Virus record (IMG/VR): IMGVR_UViG_3300034357_000077
Coordinates: 1-33,627 of that record
Source of the DNA: a virus
Taxonomy: Duplodnaviria; Caudoviricetes
Direction: 5' to 3' (one strand)
DNA length: 33,627 nt
In this document: piece by piece, positions 25,873 to 33,627 of the stretch
Layout: the number at the start of each line of letters is the position of its first letter
Numbering within the stretch: the stretch's first letter is position 1
The notes under the pieces: model-generated
What the model was told of the DNA's origin: nothing
Seen by the model: only the letters and a program-made list of their open reading frames with translations
Database searches by the model: none
Position numbers and translations under genes: made by a program

Positions 25873-26411
25873 AACTTAATAACTTAAAAGGCGCACTGAC
25901 TAACTTTGGAGACAAAGTAGTAGCAGATGCAAAAGTAAATTTACAAGCATCGGGTAAAGTAGATACTGGACAACTTTCAAATAGTATAGTTTCTACCGGA
26001 GCAATATTTTATAAACGAAGTATTGAACTAGGAATAAGTTTATCGTATTATGGAGCATTTGTTGAAAAAGGGGTTCGGGGTGCTGGCGGTGTTAGGATGA
26101 CAACCAGTACTTTTAAAAGAACAAATAACAAAGGTAAGATGTGGAAGCAAAACGGAGGGGATAGTCCTTACAGCTTTAAAGAGGGAATAAAACCCAGCGT
26201 TAAGCATTTTGTTGACTGGAGTAATAAACGTGGTTTAAATCCATTCGCAGTACGTGAAAGCGTGTATAGACAAGGTTTTGCACCAACACCTTTTTTATCA
26301 GATGCAGTTAAAAAAAATATAGCACTAATGCCAACACAATTACAAGATGCATTTGCACTTGATGTTAAAGCAACAGTGGATTTCATAATCAAATCAAATC
26401 TGAAAAAATAA
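25866..26411 (+). CDS. Tail completion protein (HK97 gp10-like)
   Basis: DTGQLSNSI, YGAFVEKGV and G..PTPFL motifs. Confidence 0.6.
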   Translation: MLKLNNLKGALTNFGDKVVADAKVNLQASGKVDTGQLSNSIVSTGAIFYKRSIELGISLSYYGAFVEKGVRGAGGVRMTTSTFKRTNNKGKMWKQNGGDSPYSFKEGIKPSVKHFVDWSNKRGLNPFAVRESVYRQGFAPTPFLSDAVKKNIALMPTQLQDAFALDVKATVDFIIKSNLKK

Positions 26412-26412
26412 T

Positions 26413-27486
26413 ATGTCAATTCAAGTAATATTAGCAAGAAGTCCTTACCAAGTTATTATAAACGAGGCAAACCAAATAAGAACAAAGGTTGAATTAAGAC
26501 TTTGGAATAAAGGAGGTTCAAGACCAACACTACCAACTTATATAATGAGTGAAGGAATTGCATCCGTAACACAAAGAGAAACCAACTATAATATATCGCC
26601 ATTTATTTTGGAGTTTATAGATAAGTATAAATTGCAATACAATCCAAGCAACTCAAGTATAGCTAATAATAAAGAATGGTGTATAGGAGAATATAAGACT
26701 TTTTATGAAAGAGATGATTTAGATATGACTTTAATTAATACATATTCTTTTTGTGCGGTAAATGGATTTTCAACAGTAGAACAAGGATTGAATTATTATC
26801 CAGCACAAGAAAAAGATTATTTATTACTAGCTAATCCAAATATAAAAGTTTCTTGGAATACTACTATACCATATTATAATTTTATTGTCAGAGATGTAGA
26901 TACAGATTATACTGCAAAATGGTATGATAAATCAGATACACTTTTAAAAACAAATACATTTTATACTGGAGTAGATGAATTTTTTAATTATTCTATTCCT
27001 TTAGTATTTGGTGCTAGTACTTATGTAATTATAGGTAGTGAAAAAGACGGAACAATTTACAAAATTGAAACAGAGGAAATATGTGAGCCTAAATATCCAG
27101 TTCAAACAATGTGGTTTGTAAATAAGTTTGGAGGCTGGAATCAATTTACATTTTTTAAAGCAAGTTACAATTCTATAAATGTAAAAAATAGCGATTACTC
27201 TTTAATGCAAAAGGATGTTAATTATGACTATCGTAGAGGGCAAACAAAGCCATTTAATATAAACGGGAACGGAAGTATAAAAGTAAATTCTGGTTGGGTT
27301 ACAGAAGACTATTTTGAGTGGATACAAGATATGATGTTATCAGATACAATATTATATACTAATGATGAAATACCAGTTACAATTAAGACTACTAGTATGG
27401 ATAAGAAAACATACTTAACTGATAAAAATATAAACTATACTTTGGAGTTTGACTTTGCAAATAAACTAATAAACAATATTGTATAA
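26413..27486 (+). CDS. Tail/baseplate structural protein
   Basis: ARSPY N-terminus; CEPKY....FVNKFG, NSGWV.E and NYTLEF motifs. Confidence 0.55.
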   Translation: MSIQVILARSPYQVIINEANQIRTKVELRLWNKGGSRPTLPTYIMSEGIASVTQRETNYNISPFILEFIDKYKLQYNPSNSSIANNKEWCIGEYKTFYERDDLDMTLINTYSFCAVNGFSTVEQGLNYYPAQEKDYLLLANPNIKVSWNTTIPYYNFIVRDVDTDYTAKWYDKSDTLLKTNTFYTGVDEFFNYSIPLVFGASTYVIIGSEKDGTIYKIETEEICEPKYPVQTMWFVNKFGGWNQFTFFKASYNSINVKNSDYSLMQKDVNYDYRRGQTKPFNINGNGSIKVNSGWVTEDYFEWIQDMMLSDTILYTNDEIPVTIKTTSMDKKTYLTDKNINYTLEFDFANKLINNIV

Positions 27487-30104
27487 TGAAATTAAGTGTA
27501 GAAGTTTATATTAAGAAAAATACTTTGGTAATTGCTGGCAAAACTACTGCAAATAATTCATCGCCATTTTTAGGAATGAGTACTAATTTGACAATGACTG
27601 CAAATCAATATGTAGGTCATTATGTTAAAATTACGTCTGGAGATAGCACTGGATTGATAGCTTGGATAACTGGTAACGATGCAACTAAAATAGATTTAGA
27701 AACTGGAATTCCAGTAGCAAATGGAGATGACTTTGAAATATACCGAAGCGATTACCAAAGACTAGATTTATTTAAAGATGAAAAAATTAGCATTACTTCA
27801 CAAATTGGTAATGCAAATGATATAGGTAAATTATATACAGACTATACACAATCTTTTACTATTCCAGCATCAAAGAATAACAACCAAATCTTATCGCATT
27901 GGTACGAAAGTTCAGTCGACAATGGATTTGACCATAGGATGAGATACGATGCTTATATCGAAGTTAATACGCATAGATTTAAAGATGGAACTATTCAGTT
28001 AGAGAAAGCAGACAAAAAGAACGGATTTATAGAAAGCTATACAATTACGTTTTATGGTAATTTGGTGCAATTAAAAGATATAATAAAAGATGACAAATTA
28101 AATAGTGCGGACTATTCTATTTATAATCATAGTTACAATAGTGCTACAATTAGGTCAAGAATTCAAGATGATTTCAATTACATTATAAAATATCCAATAA
28201 TAGGAAATGAAAAAAAATATACCTATCAAGATGGCTCTGCAACAGATATAACAACATCGGCTGGAGCAATAAAATGGAATGAATTATTTCCAGCAATTCC
28301 ATTACAAAATATATTTTTAAGAATACAACTAAAATACGGAATAACATTTACTGGTAGTTTTTTTAATTTAGACCAATGGAAAAAATTGCATTTATATTTA
28401 AAACCAAGTTTGAAAATGGAATATTTATCCGAGCCACAAACTTTAAATTTTACTTCTATTGTAACTACTTCTCCAAATGTAGCATTTCCAGAGTTTAATT
28501 TAACAACTGATACATTAACAACAAATTGGAATTTTTTAACCTCTATACAAGATTTTTATCAATATTATCAAATAAAAATATTAATTACTCCAGACGTATC
28601 TTCGCAGTCAATTATTTACGTTTTATATACCTATAAAGATGGAATTTTATTATCAAGCATTACACAAACTGGAACAAAAACGATAGACATAGAAAGAGTT
28701 ATAAGACAACAAGACCCAACTGCAAATCATAGATATACTTTTAAAATAGCGACTAGATTTGGAACATTTACATATACTGCATCTTTATTATATACTCGTG
28801 CAAAATATGATTTATCACATACTGGTACTGGTACAAGTTGGGTATATACATATTCAAGAGCAAATACAAGTTCAGCTACTGCACTAGCATTTATAAATAT
28901 AGGCAGTTACATACCAGATATGAAAATTATAGATTTCATTACTGGAATTATAAAGGCATTCAATTTAATGATTATTCCAAAGCCAAATAATACTTATGAA
29001 TTTTTACCGCTTGAAATGTATTATAATGCTGGTAAGATTTTGGATATAACGGAATACACGTATGAAAATGAAATGAGCATAAATAAGCCAAAGTTATACA
29101 AAAGTATAAACTTTACTTACGAGGAAAGTAATAACATTTTAAATCAAGCTTACAAAGGTTTATATAATCAAAACTATGGTGACTTAATTTACAATTCAAA
29201 TAGGATTACTGAAAATTCTACTTACGATATTAAACTGCCATTTGAGAATGTTTTATTTGAAGTTCCAACGCAAGGAACAAAATTTCAAACTGCAACTTTA
29301 ATTGATAAAGACCAAAAACCATACATACCAAAACCTATGCTTATTTATTGTAATGGAGTATTGCCAGCACTATTAACTGGTTCAAATCAAATTTATATTA
29401 CTCAAATTACTGGTTCGCCAATACAAATGGAAGATTATCAAAGATTTTCAAATGAATATGATAGTTTGCCAAATGACCCTAATCGTTCTGGGTTAATGAC
29501 TATGAATTTTGGAAATGAACAATCAAGTTGGTTAAATGAATTAGCACCGCAAGGATTGTATTACAGACACTATAAAAACTTTGTAGATAATCTATATAAC
29601 ATAAAAACTAGATTAATAAAAGTAAAAGCATTACTTCCACCAAGTTTATTAGGAAGTACTGTTACAAATGGTGCTGGAATACCTTTAGGCATTGCGTTAA
29701 ATGATAGGTTAGTTATTCGCAATAAAAGATATTTAATTAATTCATTTACTACTGATTTAACAACTGGAGAAACAGATTTAGAACTATTAACAGATTATAG
29801 AGGAGTAGATGCAGCAAGTTCAGTAGGTTATAGATTTGGAAGTTTTGAAACTATTGATACAGATAACAAAGAATTGAGCATAGACGTAGAAATATACTTA
29901 AATGACTATGATTATTTTGAAGTAAAAGGAAAAAGTAGTTTTATTACTTGTACGCTATCTGGCAATAATAAAAATGACATATTATTACCAGTTACAATAA
30001 CACAAAACACAACTGGAGTTGATAGAAGTGGAACAATACAATTAGTATATTATAGAGGTACAACGCAAAAAGATGAATATATAATCGTAACACAAACTGC
30101 ATAA
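27486..30104 (+). CDS. Large tail tip/hub protein
   Basis: RLDLFKDE.ISIT...DI.K.YTDYTQSFTIPAS..NN and IPDMKIIDF..G..K.FNL motifs; 872 aa. Confidence 0.6.
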   Translation: MKLSVEVYIKKNTLVIAGKTTANNSSPFLGMSTNLTMTANQYVGHYVKITSGDSTGLIAWITGNDATKIDLETGIPVANGDDFEIYRSDYQRLDLFKDEKISITSQIGNANDIGKLYTDYTQSFTIPASKNNNQILSHWYESSVDNGFDHRMRYDAYIEVNTHRFKDGTIQLEKADKKNGFIESYTITFYGNLVQLKDIIKDDKLNSADYSIYNHSYNSATIRSRIQDDFNYIIKYPIIGNEKKYTYQDGSATDITTSAGAIKWNELFPAIPLQNIFLRIQLKYGITFTGSFFNLDQWKKLHLYLKPSLKMEYLSEPQTLNFTSIVTTSPNVAFPEFNLTTDTLTTNWNFLTSIQDFYQYYQIKILITPDVSSQSIIYVLYTYKDGILLSSITQTGTKTIDIERVIRQQDPTANHRYTFKIATRFGTFTYTASLLYTRAKYDLSHTGTGTSWVYTYSRANTSSATALAFINIGSYIPDMKIIDFITGIIKAFNLMIIPKPNNTYEFLPLEMYYNAGKILDITEYTYENEMSINKPKLYKSINFTYEESNNILNQAYKGLYNQNYGDLIYNSNRITENSTYDIKLPFENVLFEVPTQGTKFQTATLIDKDQKPYIPKPMLIYCNGVLPALLTGSNQIYITQITGSPIQMEDYQRFSNEYDSLPNDPNRSGLMTMNFGNEQSSWLNELAPQGLYYRHYKNFVDNLYNIKTRLIKVKALLPPSLLGSTVTNGAGIPLGIALNDRLVIRNKRYLINSFTTDLTTGETDLELLTDYRGVDAASSVGYRFGSFETIDTDNKELSIDVEIYLNDYDYFEVKGKSSFITCTLSGNNKNDILLPVTITQNTTGVDRSGTIQLVYYRGTTQKDEYIIVTQTA

Positions 30105-30250
30105 TGATAAAAGAAATTTTTGATTGTTTAAAATTAGATTTTGAACACAATAGCGAATTAATAGCAATCGCGAAAGGTAAGTATAAACTTCCAGAAACAT
30201 TCAAAGAAGCCGTAAAACCATTAAAAAATAAAAAATGGCACAAGAAGTAG
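30104..30250 (+). CDS. Hypothetical protein (48 aa), absent from the ORF track
   Basis: MIKEIFDCLK...IAIAKGKYKLPETFKEA, overlapping both neighbours. Confidence 0.55.
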   Translation: MIKEIFDCLKLDFEHNSELIAIAKGKYKLPETFKEAVKPLKNKKWHKK

Positions 30251-32124
30251 AAGTAAAGGTAAAAGTCCAGACTGGCGAAGCCACATCGAATATTGATAAG
30301 CTAGGAGAAAGTTTTAATAAGCTTGATAGTAACGTAAAAAAGACACAAGAAAAAACAACCGATTACGGAAAGCAAATCATAAATAATAGTCAACTTACAT
30401 CAAAGTTAAGTCAAGCTACTGGCGGTCTTTCTGATGCCTTTGTAGGAGCAGTTAAAGGAATAGATTTGACAAATCTTTCACTTAAAGGTTTGAAAGGTGC
30501 AATTATGTCAACTGGAGTTGGACTTCTAGTTATAGCATTGGGCGAATTGATTACGATACTGGCTGATTTTTTTAGTTCTGAAAAGAAAAGTGAGCAAGCT
30601 TTAAATTCTATGACTAGAGCATTGGACGATCAAGCCGAAGCATTTGATAGAGTTTCAAGTAGTGCGCAATTTGCAAATGAAATTAATATGAAGTATGCAA
30701 AGGCAAATGGAGCATCAAAAGAAGAACTTAAAAAGACTAACGATGCATATTTAGCATCTGAAAAAAAACGTATAGATGAAGAATTAAAATTGCTAGAAAT
30801 GGAAAATTTAGCAGTACTTCAAAATGACAAATTAAATGAAGAAGATAGAGCAAAAGCTTTGCAAGACGTTGATGCAAATATTAAAAAGTTACAAGGGTTA
30901 AAAGTAAAAAATGTTAGAGATACCATAAGTGCAGATGCGGACTTTTACTCACAACAAAAGGAAGCTGAAAAACAAGCATCAGACAAAGCAAACGAAAAAA
31001 AGAAAGCTGATGGGGAGAAAGCAAAACAAGAACGTCAGCAACAACTTGATGCGTTAAAAAACCTAGAAAAAAAGTATGCAGATGAAATAGAAAATCTAAA
31101 AGATAAGACAGAGCAAGACAAACTTAATAGGCAAAAAGAACGTGCCATAGAGGAACTGGATGCTATAAAATTATCTGCAAAAGAGAAAGCCAAAGCTAGG
31201 GAATTAATCGAAGCTGATTTTAGACAAAAGCAATTAGATTTAGATAAGTCACACGCTGACAAAGTACTTGCGTTACAAAAGAAATTAGAAGATGACAAAG
31301 CTTCTTTGACTGCTACAACTGACGAGCAAAAGTTAATGTTAAGTCAAGAGAAAGCGATGAAGCAACTAGAAGTAGATTTAGCAAATATAAATGCTACAGA
31401 AACTGAAAAGGAAAATGCTAGAAGGTTGTTAAAAGAAAGTTTTGATTTGCAAAACAAAGAAGCAAAATTGCAAAAAGATGAAGCTGATAGGAGTGAAGAA
31501 ATTGCAATGCTTGAACTTAAACTAGAAGATGAGAACGTTTCTTTTGAAGATAAAAAACAACTTATATTAGATAGGGAAGCTTTATTGTTACAAGACAAAA
31601 ACCTTACCGAAAGTGAAAAATTAAGAATTGAAAAAGAAAGTGCTGATGCATCTAAAAAAATAGATGAAGAACAGTACAATGCAAAAATGGCATTACTTGC
31701 ATCAACTTCACAAGCATTATCTACTGCCAGTGATATTGTAGGCAAAGAAACTGGAGCGGGTAAAACCTTAGCAATAGCTTCGGCATTAATGAACACTTAT
31801 CAAGGTATATCAGCTGGGGTTAAATTAGGATATCCACAAGCAATTCCAGCCGTTGCTATGGCTTCGCTTACTGGTTTCGCAGCAGTAAAAAACATTATGT
31901 CAGTAAAAGTTCCAAAAGGTGGAGGTGGCGGTAGTGGAAATGCAATATCAGCTGGCACACCATCGGCACCAAGCTTTAATGTAGTAGGTAGAAGTGGCGC
32001 AAATCAAATAGCTGAAAGCATTGGTAAAAATACACAACCAGTAAAAGCGTATGTCGTTGGTGGAGATGTAACAACACAACAAGGTTTGAATAGAAATATA
32101 GTTCAAAACGCTACTCTAGGATAG
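30235..32124 (+). CDS. Tape measure protein (putative)
   Basis: 629 aa with LKGAIMSTGVGLLVIALG, a long K/E coiled coil and a C-terminal PVKAYVV..DVT..Q. Confidence 0.7.
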   Translation: MAQEVEVKVKVQTGEATSNIDKLGESFNKLDSNVKKTQEKTTDYGKQIINNSQLTSKLSQATGGLSDAFVGAVKGIDLTNLSLKGLKGAIMSTGVGLLVIALGELITILADFFSSEKKSEQALNSMTRALDDQAEAFDRVSSSAQFANEINMKYAKANGASKEELKKTNDAYLASEKKRIDEELKLLEMENLAVLQNDKLNEEDRAKALQDVDANIKKLQGLKVKNVRDTISADADFYSQQKEAEKQASDKANEKKKADGEKAKQERQQQLDALKNLEKKYADEIENLKDKTEQDKLNRQKERAIEELDAIKLSAKEKAKARELIEADFRQKQLDLDKSHADKVLALQKKLEDDKASLTATTDEQKLMLSQEKAMKQLEVDLANINATETEKENARRLLKESFDLQNKEAKLQKDEADRSEEIAMLELKLEDENVSFEDKKQLILDREALLLQDKNLTESEKLRIEKESADASKKIDEEQYNAKMALLASTSQALSTASDIVGKETGAGKTLAIASALMNTYQGISAGVKLGYPQAIPAVAMASLTGFAAVKNIMSVKVPKGGGGGSGNAISAGTPSAPSFNVVGRSGANQIAESIGKNTQPVKAYVVGGDVTTQQGLNRNIVQNATLG

Positions 32125-32230
32125 GTAATTTAAGCCACTTTTTAGGCATTTTAAAGGACTATCTATGTCGTTGTAATAGTTTTGTTATAAAATTGAAATG
32201 CGTTAAAAATCCTATCGCAATGAGAGTTAA
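32125..32230 (+). repeat. Dispersed two-box intergenic element, copy C
   Basis: taatttaagccactttttaggcattttaaaggact (box at 32146) and cgttaaaaatcctatcg (box at 32203). Confidence 0.75.
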
Positions 32231-32235
32231 GAAAT

Positions 32236-32261
32236 ACAAAAATAAAAATTTATACGTTATA
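32236..32261 (+). promoter_or_regulatory. Putative phage late promoter, copy 5
   Basis: acaaaaataaaaatttatacgttata upstream of ATG 32267. Confidence 0.65.
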
Positions 32262-32266
32262 CAAAT

Positions 32267-32881
32267 ATGAAAGTAATTGAGTTAATAATTGACGAGACAA
32301 TGGAATTAAGTGGTATAGATGCAATTTCGATTGTAGAAAGCCCAGCCATTGAAGAAAACTGGGTAGCATTAAAAAGTCAACCAAAAGAAGTTCGCTTTGC
32401 AGAAGTTAGCAAAGAAAAAAAAATAATTATGGGTGCATTGCTGGTGCCAGATAAACAAATTTACCGAAACGATGAAGATGGGGAGTATATGATTTGGTTC
32501 AGTAAAGACACAATCCGGAAATGTATGGAAATGTTTTTTAAAAATGGAAATCAATCCAACGCTACCTTCGAACATATGGAACGGATCGCTGGTTTGACTA
32601 TGGTAGAAAGCTGGATTGTAGAAGATGCGGAAATGGACAAGTCAAAACTATATGATTTAAATGTGCCAGTAGGAACGTGGATGGGAAGCATCAAGGTTGA
32701 CAACGAATTAATATGGAATGAGTTTATTAAAACTGGAGTTGTAAAAGGATTTTCAATCGAAGGTTACTTTGCAGATAAAATCAAACCATCGCTAGCTAAT
32801 TTTAAGGACGTAGACGATGAAATATTAGCTGGGTTAGAGTTGTTATCCATTAAACAAATAATCGATGAATATAAGTCGTAA
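32267..32881 (+). CDS. Prohead serine protease (XkdF-like)
   Basis: AISIVESPAIE, G..LVPDK.IYR, EH, ESWIVED, GTW and KGFSIEG.F motifs. Confidence 0.8.
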   Translation: MKVIELIIDETMELSGIDAISIVESPAIEENWVALKSQPKEVRFAEVSKEKKIIMGALLVPDKQIYRNDEDGEYMIWFSKDTIRKCMEMFFKNGNQSNATFEHMERIAGLTMVESWIVEDAEMDKSKLYDLNVPVGTWMGSIKVDNELIWNEFIKTGVVKGFSIEGYFADKIKPSLANFKDVDDEILAGLELLSIKQIIDEYKS

Positions 32882-33104
32882 AAGCAACGGATTTAGAACA
32901 CCAAGTCGTACAAGTCCGAAAGGAGGTAGTCGAGGTTGTATATGCGATGATAATACTTACCATAAAGATTGTTGCGATGGTTCAATGATGGCACAAGGAA
33001 TAGGTAGGATAAACAAAATAAAAGAATTTGTATTGTTAGAAAATGATTTTTACCTTTTACAAGAAAATGGATATAAAATCGAAACTCAAAAATTAATAAA
33101 TTAA
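32865..33104 (+). CDS. Small Cys-rich hypothetical protein
   Basis: SPKGGSRGCIC...TY...CCDGS..AQGIG, with an LLENDFYLLQENG tail. Confidence 0.55.
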   Translation: MNISRKSNGFRTPSRTSPKGGSRGCICDDNTYHKDCCDGSMMAQGIGRINKIKEFVLLENDFYLLQENGYKIETQKLIN

Positions 33105-33627
33105 ATGGATAAGAAAATAAGTCAATTAGATTTAGTTACAGTAGTAGACCAAAACGATGTATTGCCTATTGTTAATGGCGGAGTAACTAAAAAAATAAAA
33201 GTATCTCAATTAACAAGTAGCGGTACAACTGATTTGACATATACTGCAAGTCCGACAAATGGAATAGTAAATTCTAGTACTGGTACAGATGCAACTTTAC
33301 CTTTAGCCGATAGCACAAACGCTGGTTTATTTACTCCAGCTGAAAAAACAAAATTAAGTGGAATACAAGCTGGAGCAGAAGTAAACGTAAATCCAGATTG
33401 GAACGCTACATCTGGAGATGCATTTATACAAAACAAACCTACTATTCCAAGTGCAGTAACACAAACAAGCCAGTTAACTAATAACGGAGCAGACGGAACA
33501 AATCCTTTTATTACTGCATTAGATATACCAACTACTGGACAAGCATCAACTTTAGTTCGAGAGGTTAAAAATATGACTGGTGCTACTTTAACTAAAGGAA
33601 CAGTAGTTTATATTAGTGGTGCAAATG
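33105..33627 (+). CDS. 5' part of the fibre-type structural protein, continuing at 339-943 after circularisation
   Basis: ATG 33105 gives MDKKISQL...D.LPIVNGGVTKKI; open to the end of the window. Confidence 0.7.
   Translation, partial: MDKKISQLDLVTVVDQNDVLPIVNGGVTKKIKVSQLTSSGTTDLTYTASPTNGIVNSSTGTDATLPLADSTNAGLFTPAEKTKLSGIQAGAEVNVNPDWNATSGDAFIQNKPTIPSAVTQTSQLTNNGADGTNPFITALDIPTTGQASTLVREVKNMTGATLTKGTVVYISGAN
33290..33627. repeat. Contig-end overlap, right copy
   Basis: Matches 1-338; the last 127 bp are identical to 212-338. Confidence 0.95.

Noticed and set aside
1640-33436. All minus-strand ORFs in the track (for example 1640-1897, 24034-24372, 31344-31796)
   Set aside because: They are antisense shadows of well-supported + strand genes, with no recognisable motifs or leaders.

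Overview
The window is an apparently complete, circularly assembled (about 33,289 bp) AT-rich tailed phage genome with essentially all real genes on the + strand. Bacteroidetes-type TAnnTTTG promoters and the A-rich, SD-less gene starts suggest a Flavobacterium/Bacteroidetes host. It carries a head/tail/lysis module, an early/replication module (NinG-like, RadC/JAB, ERF, DUF3127 SSB, helicase, sigma-like factor, 5'-3' exonuclease) and no recognisable polymerase, primase or integrase. The main find is a cluster at 18531-23128 that runs directly into terS/terL: two ParB-like proteins, a TET/JBP-type 2OG-Fe(II) dioxygenase, a PLP enzyme, an amino-acid:DNA transferase (aGPT-Pplase) and a P-loop kinase. 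It looks like a fully post-replicative thymidine hypermodification pathway in which a TET/JBP enzyme replaces the dUMP hydroxymethylase. Other features: a complete type III hammerhead ribozyme (11163-11212) ending a structured non-coding region ahead of the early genes; a dispersed two-box element in three roughly equally spaced copies; a five-copy late-promoter motif (CAAA-N13-15-CGTTATA); a -1 frameshift with a dual-coding tail-chaperone region; and two diverged alleles of a fibre gene at the contig ends. All protein calls come from motif recognition by eye, without database searches.
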